Assembly (NCBI GenBank): GCA_016618085.1 | Contig: JABLTG010000146.1 | Location: 1-50,406 of the forward strand | Reading direction: 5' to 3' | DNA length: 50,406 bases | Source: Neovahlkampfia damariscottae | Lineage: Eukaryota | Translations under genes and position numbers: made by a program | The notes under the pieces: generated by a model | What the model was told of the DNA's origin: nothing | What the model saw: only the letters and a program-made list of their open reading frames with translations | Databases searched by the model: none | Part shown: positions 1-14,294 of the stretch, in pieces | Position numbering within the stretch: the stretch's first letter is position 1 | Layout of the letters: each line of letters begins with the position of its first letter

Positions 1-176
1 AACCCAAACCCAAACCCAAACCCAAACCCAAACCCCAAACCCCAAACCCAAACCCCAAACCCCAAACCCCAAACCTCAAACCCAAACCCAAACCTCAAAC
101 TCAAACCCAAACCTCAAACTCAAACCCCAAACTCAAACCAAAACCTCAAACCTCAAACCAAAAACCAAAAACCAAA
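1..176. repeat. Telomeric repeat tract (AAACCC)n, i.e. TTTGGG on the G-strand, with proximal variant repeats
   Basis: Perfect AAACCC units over about 1-30, then AAACCCC, AAACCTC, AAACTC and AAAAACC variants up to about 176. The C-rich strand at the 5' end of the sequence is the orientation expected for a left chromosome end. Confidence 0.93.
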
Positions 177-701
177 GATCAAAATTGAGCTTAAATTTTG
201 ATTAGTTATATAGCTGACTGTATAATGCATCTTTTAGGTGGCAGATAGTTCATTAAAATATGTTGACTTTTGATTGGTTGTTCAAAAAAAAGAAACCCAA
301 ATTTGTTTGAGGAAAAACTAAACATAGTTAAGTGTACTGAAGTTTGAAATCAGATTGTGATGAAAAGATGTACTGTCTGTGTAGGTTATATTGTTTTAGT
401 TATCATGTCAATCATATAAAGAACTAAAAGGAAAAACTAAGATTGTAAATAATTTCAAACTTAAATATCTCAATCATTTTTTAATATTTTTTAAAAATTC
501 TTTACAATTTGGATTCTACACATAAATTTACATATATAAAAAGGTTCATGTTCAAATTTCTTAATATATTTGACTTAACAATGTATTAAAAATAAATTTT
601 CAAAATGAAATTAAACAATCATCTTTGAGATACAGATAATAAGAACAACTTTTTTAAAGTGTACTCAAATCAAAAGATGAATTAGCAAAAAAATAAGAAC
701 T

Positions 702-3700
702 TTATTTTGAAAACTCTTTAACTAATGAATAAATTTCTTCAGGAGCTTCAAATGAGATTACTTTCAAAAAGTTCTTCATTTTATCTTCATTCACTAATTT
801 TTCTAAAAGTTTCATTTGAAATTCTTTTGATAATGAATCTATTTCTTTTTCAATGACCGAGTCTAAATCTAAAGGAACTATTTTACCATCTTTATCAATT
901 TGAATTTCACCTGACCATGAACTTGGGAAATTGTAGTTCTCATAAGTTGTTGAAACATCTTCAAGATATTTTGAGGTAAAATCGTTGTCTTTCAATCTTG
1001 AAAATATTTCTTTTGCTTGATGAAACTTTCTGGATTCGAATAAATGAATCGCTTTTGTGAAATCTTCATTTTTTGAAGTTTGATCACTTACCATTTGAAA
1101 GAGAGAAATCGATTTCTTTTTTCCTTTTAATAGATATTTTCCAATGAATCTATTTTTAAAATTTAATTTTGATCCTATGATTAAATCTTCAGTGACAACA
1201 AATGTTGCTCCTAATGTTTTTGTTAAACTTTCAACTCTTGAAGCTGTATTAACTGTGTCTGAAATAACTGTTGCATCAATTCTTTCATTATCTCCAATTG
1301 TTCCTACCATTACATCACCATAATGAATACCAACTCCAATTGAAACTAATGATTGATCTTTTCTGCAATTTAAATTGTATTCTTTCAATGCTTCTAACAT
1401 TTCAAATCCACATTTGATACTATCATCATTTTTGTATGGAAATAATGCCATAATACAGTCTCCAAAGAATTTATCAATGAATCCATTATTTTTAGAAATA
1501 ACAGGTGCCAAATATGATAATATGTCATTTACAAATGAAAATGATTCTTCTGGATTCATATTTTCTGTTAAATCAGTGAAATTACGAATATCTGAAAACA
1601 TAACACACATATTTTTTGCAACAGCATCTCCTCTTTTAATATTTCTGACATCACCTTTTCCAAGTTGACGAAGAAACTCTTTTGGAAGAAATCTTTCATA
1701 TGATTTGTTTAAACTGTTCATTTCATCATAGAGTGTTGCATTTTCGTAAGAAATAGATAATTGAGATCCAATATGTTCAAGAATGACTTTTCTGTTGTTA
1801 TTAAATATTCCTTCAAGTGATTTGTTTTCCATGTAAATTAAACCAACAAGTTCATTCTTTTTTAAAATTGGATGAACAAATAATGATTTAATTCCATTCT
1901 TTTTAATGTAAGAATTTTCTGAATATTCTGATTGTTTTGCATTGTTTAAAATGATTTGTTTTTTCATTGCAATTGAAATATCCACTAAAGCACTACAATA
2001 CTCATCATAGCATTTGAGATTTATGTCCATTTCTTTCACCATTCCTTTTTTGTTAATCGATGACGTGACTCTAAACTCTTTTCCTTTTTTCAAAATAATC
2101 AATACACTTTCTGAACCTGTGTTTTCTTTTATGATATAAAGTACTTTTTTAATTAAACTTGAAGTAGTTAATTCAACAGATAATGCTTGAGATGCTTTGA
2201 TAATACTCATCATATCCAATGAATCTGATCCCATTTCTTCAAAACTTGAACCTGATGATGAATTTGAAGAAGAAGAAACAGTTAAATCTGAAGAAGATGA
2301 GATATGTTTCTTTGAAGAAAAGTAATTGAATTTTGAATATTTTTTGTTCAATTTTGAAATTTTAGCCATACCTCCTATGGAATCCCAAATTAAAATCAAT
2401 TTTTCGAAATAATATTGACAAATTGATGGAAGAATATTCTTCTCAATACAATAGTCAAGCATGAGTTCATTTGTTACTGCTGAGATTAATGGTAATCCAA
2501 ATCTTTGAGCTGATTCCAATGCCTGATTGAAAAAATTCAAAACAGATAAAGTATCAGCATTTTCTTTAAATGATTCACGAACTGCCAAAAGTAATTGATA
2601 TCTTGGACCAAAATAATGTGGTGATAAAGCACTATATGATTTGAATAATTCAACAAAAGAATCAAATTTGTTTAAAAGAGCTTCATCTTTTGTTTTGTTG
2701 TAAAAATGAGAGTAACATAATGCATGGAAAAACTGTGCACAATAATAACCACAAAATCCTTGGGTTTCAGCTAACCTTGGTTCTCTTTCATCCAATAAGT
2801 TCTTTGCTTTTTCAAAGTCACCATTGTGATAAGCAACCATTGCTTCCATAAAATAGAAAAATGTTCCAGACCAATTTGCTTCTCTTACACCTTCAAGAAG
2901 GAATTTTGGTTTATATTTTCTGATTCCAACAAGATCTTGTGCAAAATTCAATTGACACTCCAATAAATCATGAACAAATAAATTCCCAATTTTTTTGCAA
3001 AATGCTTGATATCCTTCAAGTTTTGAAATTACATTTGGGTAATTATCACCATTAGTTGTTGAACGCATTCCCCAATTATTCATGTTGTAACAACCAAAAA
3101 CATATTCTCCATGTGCAATTGCATAATTACATCCAGCATTGAAATGATAAAGACCTTGTTTTAAAGTACCTCCAAAGATTTGATTTACTCCCAAAGTAAA
3201 TCGAACTAATGCTTCGTTGAAGTTTGGATTTTTTGTTTGTTCTAACAATTTTTCTGCCAAATTAGTTAATTCATATCCAACTGGATCTTGAAAAAAAGAG
3301 GAAATCATCCAACCAGCAAATGAAAAACTAACAGGAGCATTTTCTGTCAATCCTTGAGTTAAATGTAAATAAAGTGACATCAGTGAAACAGTAACAGGCA
3401 TCAATGGATTTGTTTTTCCACTAACATAAAGTGTATCAAGACTTTCAGTTAAAAGAATACTGAATGCTCCCATTTCTTCATCATTGCATTGTTTGATTTT
3501 TTCAATTCCTTTTACACCTCCAATTTGAATAAGCTCAATGTCAATTTTCTTTTTGAAAGCATAAACCCATTCTTTGTAAGCAATTGGATCATTGAGTGGA
3601 ATATCTTTTGTCAATGAAAATAATTGAAAAGCGTTCATTAAGATGTCATAAGATCTATCAAATTGAAATGATAAAACTGCCATTTTCATATAATCTTTAT

Positions 3701-6271
3701 AAACACGAAAATTTTCAATGTTATTTTTTGAATTTTCAAGTAAAACTTCATATAATTTTTCGGAATCTGATAAACGAGTAGCTCCAAAACATGATTCTGC
3801 ATGAGTTACATGAGTTCTTCTTGCAAGATTATAATCAGTTTTCCATGCATCTTTTGGCAATAAATCCATTGCATTTTGTGAAAAATTTACAGCTGCAGAA
3901 AATGCACTATTTTTCAAAGATTTGGATGAAGCTGTTAAATTCAAGTTGATCAACGTGTTTTGGTCTTCAAAAAGTTCTTTTGCGATATTCAAATGATTTA
4001 CAACATCAAAAATTCCATTTTCTAATTCTCCTAAATCTTGTAATTTCTTTAAAAGAGTTGATCCAATGACTAAATGAATTTCTTTTCTTTCTTTTGGATC
4101 ATTGATTTCATATGATGCTTGTTGTAAACGATCATGAAAAAATTTAAATTGATCTGAATCAATTTGAATGATCCAACCATCTTGAAGAGGTTCAATTAAA
4201 TTTGATTGAACTGATGTATCTTCGTTCCAAATCCAATCTAATTCACTTAATTTGAAAGTATTTCCAAAACAAGCAGCTCTATTAAGAAACTTTTGCATAT
4301 TTTTTGGAGTCTTCAATAAATTCTTGATCATAAAATCAATGACATTTGAACTAAAATCCATTTTTTTTATTGATTCTAAATCATAATCCCATTCTTTTCC
4401 TTTGAGTTCAATTAATTCTTCTTCGTAAAGAGTATTGAGGAATTCTCTTGAAAAAAAAGGATTTCCATTCGTTTTTAAATGAATTAATTTACTCAATTCA
4501 ATTGTTTGGGACTCAGTTTGACCCAAAGTGTCTGATACCATTTGATTTAAATATTCAAGGCTTAATGATTGAACATTAATGATTGGTAAATTTTTGTATT
4601 CGTTCAATAAAATTGAAAGTTGATGACCTGAGTCAACTTCGTTATCACGATATGCTCCAAGTACAAAAAGTTTTGGATCATTCTTTTTGAGAATTTTGTC
4701 CAACAAAACTATTGAATTAATATGAAAAAGAAAAATTACCAAAGGAAGCAGAGTCAGCCCATTGAAGATCATCTACTACAATGATCAAAGTCTTGTCTCC
4801 AGTAAAACAATTAAAAAATGAAAATAAAGTTTCGAATAATCTTTTTTGAGTTTCTTCACTTCTATCAAGGGCAACTGGCGCATTTTGTTCACCTAACAAA
4901 ACTTTTAATTCAGGTACAAGTTGAGAAATGACTCCAGCATTTTCTTTCAATTCAAGTTTCATGATATTTTTTAAATTTTCTTTATATTCATCATCTTCTG
5001 ACAACACTTTGACAATTAATGATTTTACAACACTAAAAATTAAAAATAAAAAGAAAGGTCGAACTTGATGAAAGCTGAATAAGGTGTAGTACGATTGAAT
5101 TGATCAAATTTTCCATAACTAATTGTTAAATTCATTTCTGGAAGCTTTATCAATTCTTCAATTAACCTTCAAAAATTGTTGAGTGATATATTTTAAAGAA
5201 CTTACTTTGACTTTCCAGAACCTGAATAACCAGAAATTAAGCACATTCTCGTTTCTAATGAATCAGATTGAATGATATCTGAAAGTAACTGAAGTTCTTT
5301 ATCCCTCCCATAACTAAAATTTGTTAAGATTTTTTGTTTCATTACATCGTATTTGGGATTTGAAATTGTTTTAAATCTTCTTTTCCCGCTTCAAAATCTT
5401 CAGTTAAAGAATCAAAATGATTTAAAATGAATTCTAAATCTTTGTGAACACCATATGCTGAGTTATATCTATCACTTTGACTTTTTTGACACATTTTTTG
5501 AATTACCACGTTGATAGCAGCTGGTACATCCAAAATGTTTGGTAATTTTTTTGTAATTTGAGAATGAACGACTGATAATTTGTCTCCTTTGAATGGAACT
5601 GTTCCTACTAACATTTCATAAAATGTAATTCCTAATGAATAAATATCACTTCTGAAATCCATATTTTTTGAAATTCTTGAAGTTGCTTCAGGACTGTTCA
5701 AAATTTAAAAAAATTCTTTCAATTTTCTTTACCTCATGTAAGAATAAGTACCTGTTGGTGAAGAGCATGCTATTGAAGGAGCTTTATTTGAAAAAATGAC
5801 ACTTAAACCAAAATCAATCAGTTTCACTTCATCTTCACATCCAAGAATAAAATTTGCTAACTTGATGTCTCTGTGACAAATTTGTAAAGAATGACATTCT
5901 GAAAGAGCTTTTGACATTGAAATTGAGAGTTTTAAAAACTTTTTGACACCTAAACTTTTTTTGCACTTCAAAAAATTTGATAAACTGTCACCTTCTTGTT
6001 CTTCAACTAAAAAAACTGAACCATTTTCTTGTTCCAACATTTCTATCATATTTATAAAATGTCTTGGACACTTTTCATGTAAGCTTTGAGTTGTGTGAAA
6101 ATCTTTTTTGAATGACTCAACCAGACGCACGGAAGGAAAAGGGTTGGCAGGTTTCTTGATTAACACTTCTTTTCCATCTTTTTTTCTTGTCGCTTTTGAT
6201 ACTACAGTGTTGGAAGAAGAGAATAAAATCTCGTTTGAGCTACAATAATCCACTTCTACTTTGTCATTCAT
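702..6271 (-). CDS. Multidomain Ser/Thr kinase - AAA/STAND NTPase - helical region - GAF - class III adenylate cyclase (6 exons)
   Basis: Kinase motifs HRDIKLAN, DFG and YMSPE (joined across an intron). P-loop GYSGSGKS, Walker B DDLQWAD, GNPFF and FFHDRLQQASY. GAF segment (GLIYMEN...QLSISYENA). Cyclase motifs FSDIRNFT, IDKFFGD and DTVNTASRVE. Five short GT-AG introns join ORFs 5729-6271, 5342-5701, 4717-5007 and 702-4772. Confidence 0.9.
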
Positions 6272-6447
6272 GATTGTGATTGGCTCAAATTTTTAATTTA
6301 GGAAACAGATTTTAAATAAAGACATGACGAAAATGTCCAATGATCAAATTAGGCAAATTACTCTACCAAATGGAATTTATCATACCCAGAAATGGACAAA
6401 ACTACAACAAAAGTTTGACTTTAAAAAGTTTTATAAAAAGACCATTT

Positions 6448-9400
6448 TTATAAATTTGGATACTTCAATCCTGTGCCATTGCAACTTGTACATTTCTTTG
6501 AACCTGTATGTCCACAATAAACGCATTTAGATTTGATATTGCTAGCATATCCAGTTCCATTACAATAATTACATCTTTTGTATCCATTTTGACAGGAAGT
6601 ACATCTTTCTCTTCTTTTTTTCTCCAATTCTTCTCTTTTTTTTTGTTCTCTTTCACGTTCACGTTTTTCTTCTTCTCTTTTTCTCTCTTCTTCTCTTCTT
6701 CTTCTTTCATCTTCTTCTCTTTGAAGTCTCATTGTTGTTTGTTCTTGTTTTAATTTTGCAAGTGAAGGTGTCAAAGCGAATTCAGCATTCATTCCACAAC
6801 CTATATTTTGAACGTACTTATAATTTGATTTAATCATTAAGATACCTGAAATATTTGCAACAGAATAATTTGGTGTGTAAAGTCCAATAAGATTTTTTAC
6901 TTCATTTGAATAATCAATGTAAATATTGATCTTTTTCAATCTATTGAGAGCATCAATTGTTTCTGGAAATGCATCTGGAATTCCACCTCGAGGTCCAAAA
7001 ATTGTTTTTTTGACGACACTCAAAACATGATCAATCATTTCAACATATTTCGTTGTTTCATTAAATTCTTTGGTATTTTTTAAACAATCCCAATCAATTT
7101 CAATTGGAATTTTGATATTTGATTTTAATTGTAAATAACTCACTTCATTTGAGGCTTGTTGAAATGCTGAACTGATTTTATTTGGTCTCAAATTTAAAAT
7201 TTTTTCAACCATCATTCTACAAGGTGCCAATTTTGAAGATTCAGGAGAGAGTCTTGAAATAATTTCTCTCATTGGAAATAATGCAGTAAGTACATTGAAA
7301 TGAATACCAATATGATATGGATCTGTCATAGAATCTTTGGTATCTAAACAAATTACAATTTTTTCAAATGCATCATGAATTTCTTTTTTAACCAAACGAA
7401 TAAATCCATAAAGACCTTCTGGAACACAAAATACATCTGAAAGTAAAGTAGTATTGATGTATTGAATTATTCCATTTCTCACCGAAGTTGATAGTTTTTT
7501 AAATTCATCATTTTCAGTAAAAGCATAATCAATTTCAAATTTAATATCTTTTTCCATGAATTTTGTGAAATCTTGTTGAATTTTTGAGAAAGAATCAAAG
7601 CAAAAGTCTTGAGCAAATTTATTTGTAATTCCTAATAAATCTTGAGTCTTCCAAAATGCATCTTTTGGAATTTTACCAGAATGAATATCATTCATATTTT
7701 GATTGATAATTAAATTTGAATTTTGAATAGAAATTGTTCCTTCATTTGATTGTTTGTTGAGATGATCTGTTGAAATAATAATTTGATTCAATGTTGACAT
7801 TGCATCTTTCCCAGATTTCATTTTGCAAATATTCATTAATTCTTTACCAACACATTGATTAGAAATTGATGTGCATAACAAATAAATAATTTTTGTTTGG
7901 TCTTTTGGAATTTTAGTTTTGAATTCTTTGTTTTCTGTGAATGAAGTATCAACAATTAAATTTAATTTTTTTCCTAATAATGATTCCATTTCATCTTCAA
8001 TTCTTTTCACATTTGGAGCATTGTCATACATTGTAATTTTAACAAGTAAATTAAATAATAATTCAATTCTAGCTTTCCAATCATCTGCATTTGTTGAAAT
8101 TGATAAATCATCTGAATTTACAACAACTTTAAGTGTATTTCCTGAATGTGAGATAGATCCTTCTTTTGGTTGTGAATTTTGTGTGTCAATAACAAACGAA
8201 ACATTAGTTATTTTTTCTTTAACAACTGATTCACCCATTACATGTAAACCAACTTTATGAAGACTTTTTCCAACATTTTCAATTAAGTCAAGAAAAGCAA
8301 GACGTGTTAAATTATATTGAACATGTTGTTCATTTTCAAGGAATTTTTTTTCTTTTGCAAAAGCAGTATCAAGTGTAATTTTAATTTTAGTAAATGTGAA
8401 ACTGGATTCAAGTGTTTGAATTAAATTCTTTGCATCATAATCCGCAATAGGTACAATCAAATCAAATGCCCATTGTAATCTTTCAATCCAAAATGCTTCA
8501 AATGGATTAATAACTTGAGTTGTATTCAAAATGAGTTTGAGTTCACCATTGTTGTATTTCAAGTTTCCAATTGGAGATTGTTTTTCATCAACATCAACAC
8601 CAATGATAACTTTTTTAAGATTCTTTGATAGAAAGATAAAACCTGGATAATCCTTTGATTCTTTTCTTTCATAAAATTCTCTAAATACTGGAAGAGCTTC
8701 AATTTTTCTTTTTATTGGTTGTTTTCCAAATTTCTTGAAACCATGACCTGCTGTGTGTTCATTAAGTTTATAACAAGATTCACATAAATCATAATCATAA
8801 CAATTCAAACATTTGTATCTTCTTCCTTTGAAATTCTTTTTTCTGCATTTATCACATGAAATATTGTGATTTACAGTATTATCTTCAACTTCAATCAATT
8901 CATATTGATCTTTTGGTTTTGGTTTGAAATGCATTTTTTGAACTCCAAAGTAAACATCTGAAAGTGAATCTAAAAATGTAAAATAAGTTTCAGCAGTTTC
9001 AAGAATAATCTTTCTCATTTCAAAAGGTGGCAAATCATTGAATTTTGATGTTTCTGTGTATGACCAATCAACAAGAATATCAAATTTTGAACCAGCTGCT
9101 TCCAAGAATAATTTGTGATTCTTTGAAATTTTAGTATTTGCAAGATCAATATGATATGGATTAATTATTCCGATTAATTTTGACATTTGTAAGAATAAAT
9201 CATCAACTTCCATTGTAGGAACTTTCAAGCCAAAAGTAATTTGAATTGTTTTGTTTTGATAAGATACTTTAGGTGTTCCTTTTTTTGACATTGTGTCAAC
9301 ACTCAATAAAATTGAATCAATTCTTTCTGTAAATCCATTCTTTCCAATTTCTGTTTCATTGAATTTTGATATAACTTTTTGAAGTGTATTTAATTTCAAT

Positions 9401-12400
9401 TCATAAAATGAAAGTAAAATATTTTTACGAGTTGCTGACTCTTCCATTGAATATTCTGATGAATTGATAAATGATTCCCAGTCAACTGAAATTGAAAGAT
9501 TTGATTGTAAATTCTTTGCTGAATCAAATTTTCCCATTGCTTCAATAGATTCAAGAATTGGATAAAGTCTTGTTGTCCAATTATCACAAATATTTGAATA
9601 ATTTTTCAAATTTACCAAATAAGTGAGTTTTCTATCAATTAACGTTAAACGAAAGTCTGTATTCTTTTCCCCATGACAAATAGTATTGATACTATTCGTA
9701 TCATCGTATGACAATACAATTTCATCAACGTATTGTGTGAATTCTTTTTCATTAAATTTCTTGTCATTATATACTCCAGTTAATTTTTGAATACCATAAT
9801 AACCAATTTTTTCCCAAAGTTTGGCAATAATAGTAGTGTAATCTTTGAGATTCCTGTTCAAAAATTCTTCTGATTCTGTGAATTTCCAATCAATTACAAG
9901 TGGAATTTTTTTTGTGAATGTTGAATGAATTTTTCCTTGAGAATTTGATAACTTTTCAACGGAATCTCTTTTTCCTAAATCAACTCTGAGATTTAAAACT
10001 GGATCCATTCTATCTTTAAATGCTGAAATTGATGTATTATATTTATTCAAATTTGTGACAACATATAAAATACCATCTTTCAAGAAAACTGAATAAGGTT
10101 CAACAATTTTATCTTCAGGATCATATGTAAAGTTAACTTTTTTAATTCTTTCTTTAATACTTTCTCTTGTGACTGTATCACTTGAAAATCCTTGTAACCC
10201 TTGAGTAATATAATAAATATGACTGTCATATATTTTTTTGATAACATCTGAATGTTTATCTAACGGCAATGAAAGAAAATTATCATGTTTTGTGAAATCC
10301 CAATTAATTTCAATTGGAATTTTTGTGAAGGCTTCATAAAGTTTTGTTTCATATTGAACTAATTTCAAATTTGTATCTCTGATTCCTTTTGGTACTCTTA
10401 ATTTGAAAATTGGATCACATACTGCAGCGATATTATTAAATTGAGTACTGTATTGGTTGATATTTGCAATGAATTTTATGGTATCATTTTCAATTGAACA
10501 TGAAGGAATATTTCCAATTTGATTAGTTGGATCAAAAGTGAATACAACTTTTTGAAATTGTTTCATGAAATCTCTTTCGACATCATCTCCTCCGAATGCA
10601 GCAATAAATCTTTGAATATTGTATAAGTATGAATCTTTTAATTTATTTCCAAGTTCAACTTTTGTTTTAACATCCAATTTTTTATAATTTTCATGATCTG
10701 AAAAGTTATCCCAATCAACTTCAAGTTTCAAATGGAATGATAAATATTTTTCCATATTTTCTTCATATCCAACAATTTTTTTGTTAGTTTCCCTTTTTGA
10801 TTTTGGAAGAGTATTTTGAAAAACTTCTTCAACTTTTGTATAAAATTGACCTGCAGCTAAATTTTCATTATATTTATCCATATTAATTGTCAATACAAAT
10901 ACAGATGAATTTAATGAAACAGAAAAATAAGAGTTTTGAATTGAGTTATTTGCATCAAATGTAATTGCATAATTTGGAATACCTTGAAACGTTTCTTTGT
11001 CAATGCTATCAGAGAACATAGTTTTTAAACAACTTTGAAGTGAAGAAACATGTTTTTTTTCAAGTGAAGCAATGATATCCATTTGTTTCTTTTGATCTAA
11101 TTTTTTGAAATTTTCATTTTCTGCAAAATCCCAAAGAAAACAAACTGATATTTCTTTTTCAAGATATTTTGAAATATCTTTTTGAGAAGTTTGTGCTTTT
11201 TTATTCGCAGAATTCATTGCTTTTTTGATAGAAGTATTTAAAATTGAATTCATTGCATCAGCAAATTGTCCATAACTTTGACTGGAGTTGCTCATATTTT
11301 CAATAAAAATAATTGTTTTATCTTCAACATAAATATCATAAAATGATGAACTTCTTGAAGTTTTAATTTGATCTGTGCTATCTTTTTTGAAAATGATACT
11401 GTCAAATAATGTTTTGAATTCTGAAAGATCCACTTCATCAGACCATATTTTTGATAATCCACCTCTAATATTCTTCACAAAATTTTGAAGTTTATCAACA
11501 ATTGACAATTGATTTTTTTCATTCAATTGTTGAAATTCATTGCTTTGCATGAATGACCAATCTATTGAAACATTTTCCACATTCAAATTTTTCTTCAATT
11601 CATCAAAATAATTTTCGCATTTTGATTCAGTTTTTTCAATTTGTTGGGATAATTTATCGGTTTTCACTTCTACTGGTTTTTCTGCTGGTTTGTTTATTGG
11701 TTTAGCAGTTTCTTTTTTTGGAGGAGCAGTTTGAGTTTTTGGTGTTGCTTCTTGTTTTGGTACAATAACAGGTTTTTCTTCTTTCTTTGGTTCTTCTTTT
11801 GTTTCAGGAGCCACGAATAAAGCTGATGAAGTGAATGATGTTTCTACTATATTAACTTCTTGTTTAATTGCTGTCACTTCTTCAAGGTACTGATGTTTTG
11901 AAGGAGGTGGAATTGTTGTCAAATCTACTACAATTTCATCGCTCTTTCCACCGAATGGTTTCATGTAGTAATGAATCAAATGAGTTTGTTTTTCAATAAC
12001 TTGATCATAAACAGGTAATGAGAAATAATGATGTTGTGGAATTTGATTTGGAGCATCACCACTGTAATTTTCAATATCAGATAAAATACTGATGATTTTC
12101 TTTTCCCATGCATCAATAGAATCATAATAACTTTCTTTAACTGTTACCAACAAACGTCCACCAATAAATTCAAGAGAATACTTGTTGCTTCCTTCTTGAG
12201 ATTTAATTGAATCTGATACTTTAATCACAATTTGACTTAAGTTATTTGAAATTGAATTTTTCAAATTTTCATTCTTTGACAATAAATCTTTGAATCCATT
12301 TCTATCAAACATTCCTTTTTTAATAATAGTAACCATTCCAGCAATCCAACGACTTCTTGTTGTTTCATCTTTTTCTTTGAATGTTTTTTCATCAACAAAA

Positions 12401-14294
12401 CTCCAATCAACAATTAAATTGATTTTCTTTCCAACTATTTGTTCAAGTTGATTTTCATATTCAACAATTTTTTTTTGATTCTCTTTCATTGCAACTTCAT
12501 CTTTCACATTCATGTCTAAAACTTTATCAATTTTAAATGACCAACCATCTGTATGTTCTGCATAAGATTGTTTTACTGTCAATAAGAGTGTAGATCCTTG
12601 TCTTTCAATTTCATAGTATGAATTCCCAATTTTGCTCTTTGGAAGTGATTCTTTAAAGGAAATTAATATTTTTTTGATAAAATGATTAAAATATTGTTGA
12701 AATCTGACACTTAATTTCAAATGGGTGATTAATCCAGTTTTTGAATCCGTAATACCTTTCTTGATAACAGTGGTTGTTGAATTGATCAATTTTTTTCTGT
12801 TACTTTCTTCTTGTTTTTTGAATTCATCAGTTGAAACAAGTGAATCCCAATCAACATCAATAATTGTTTCAACATGTTCTGATAATGTTTTTTCAAGATC
12901 CAAATTTTTCTTTTCAGCTTCTCTCATAAATATTTCATCCAATAAATTGAGATCCAATACTTTTTCAGTTTTTTCAAACCAACCTTTGGTGTGAGAATAA
13001 TATGAAATATCTGTTGTAACATAAAGTGTGCTCCCATCGTGAGTAATTGAAAAATATCCTTCATTTCTGTCCATATTTTCAACATAACTCAATACAATTC
13101 TTTTTACACGATTTAAGAATGTATCAAGTGCTCTTTGACTTTCTGTGAGTTTGGTCAAAGGTTCTCTTGTGGAAACTCCTTTTTTTGCAATATCAGCAAT
13201 TCCTAAAATAATTTTTTTTCTTGCACTTTCATCTTTGTTTTTGAAAGATTGTTCACCAACAAAATCCCAATCAACATCAAATTGAATATTTGATTGATTT
13301 GCAGAACTAAATTTTGTATTGAGAAAATCTTCTTGTTCTTTGAGTTTTTTTGTTGTTTCTTTAATGAATTCTTCATCTTTAACATTTAAGTCTAGGAGAG
13401 TATCCACTTTTAATCCAAATCCATCTGTGTGAGTAAAGTAAGAAATATCAATTGAAATTAAAATATTTTTGTTATCAAATTCCAATTCATAATATTTGCA
13501 ACCAACTTTTGAATTAACTTTTTCAATATATTGAAGTGTAATCTTTTGAACTTTTTCTTTAATTGCATTTTGAGCTCTTGTGCTTGATGATGTCCATTTT
13601 AAAAGTCTAAAAAAAAAATTTAAAGTAAAATTGGAATTACGAATCTCTGTGTTCCTTAATTCCTTTTTTATAAATAGTTCCAAGTTCATTAATAATTTTC
13701 TTTCTTGCACTTTCATCTTTTGATTTGAATGTTGATTCTTTCAAAAAGTCCCAATTCACATTAAATTCAATATTTGAAATAAAAGTTGAATTAAAATCAT
13801 TTTGTTGTTTCTTAATAACTTCTAAACAATCTCTTTGAAAAACTTCGTCTTTTACGTTCAAGTCTGTGGTGTGAAAAAAAAAAAATCGTACCAAATAAAT
13901 AGTCAACTTTTAAACCCCAACCATCACAATGATTAATGTATCCATCATTTATGGTGACTTTAAGTGCATTCATGGCTCCATCAATTTCCACATAGTAATA
14001 CCCATTTCCAATTTTGTTTGGTTGTGTGAAGTCAGTTGTGACAACAATAGCAATATTTGAAACTTTTTCCAAAAATATTTCCATGGCTCTTTTACTTGGT
14101 TGTAACCACTTTAAAAGTGAAGATCTGTCTCCAAAAATACCTTTTTTCACAGAAGGTTCAATCAACTTGTACTTAGTGTCTTTGTTGCTGATGTTACTGC
14201 CAGTCCAGTCCATAAAGATTGAAACTTCTTTTCCAAAGTCCTTCACAAAGGTTTTTTCCAAAGCTTTCAATTGTTCGTCAACTTTTTCTTCCAT
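6448..14294 (-). CDS. Giant (~2,590 aa) protein with ~16 divergent ~120-130 aa repeats, a ZZ zinc finger and a C-terminal CxxCxGxG zinc finger
   Basis: ATG at 14294 (MEEKVDEQ) with two GT-AG introns (~13891-13864 and ~13640-13607) linking to the 2422-aa ORF. Recurring I-x-V-D-W-x-F motif, ZZ motif CDKC...CLNC...C..C...H...H, and terminal CTSC..CNYCNGTG..CVYC..CTSCNGTG. Confidence 0.85.

Noticed and set aside
1..176. CRISPR-like or satellite array
   Set aside because: The units are 6-7 nt with no spacers, and their terminal position and strand bias indicate a telomere.
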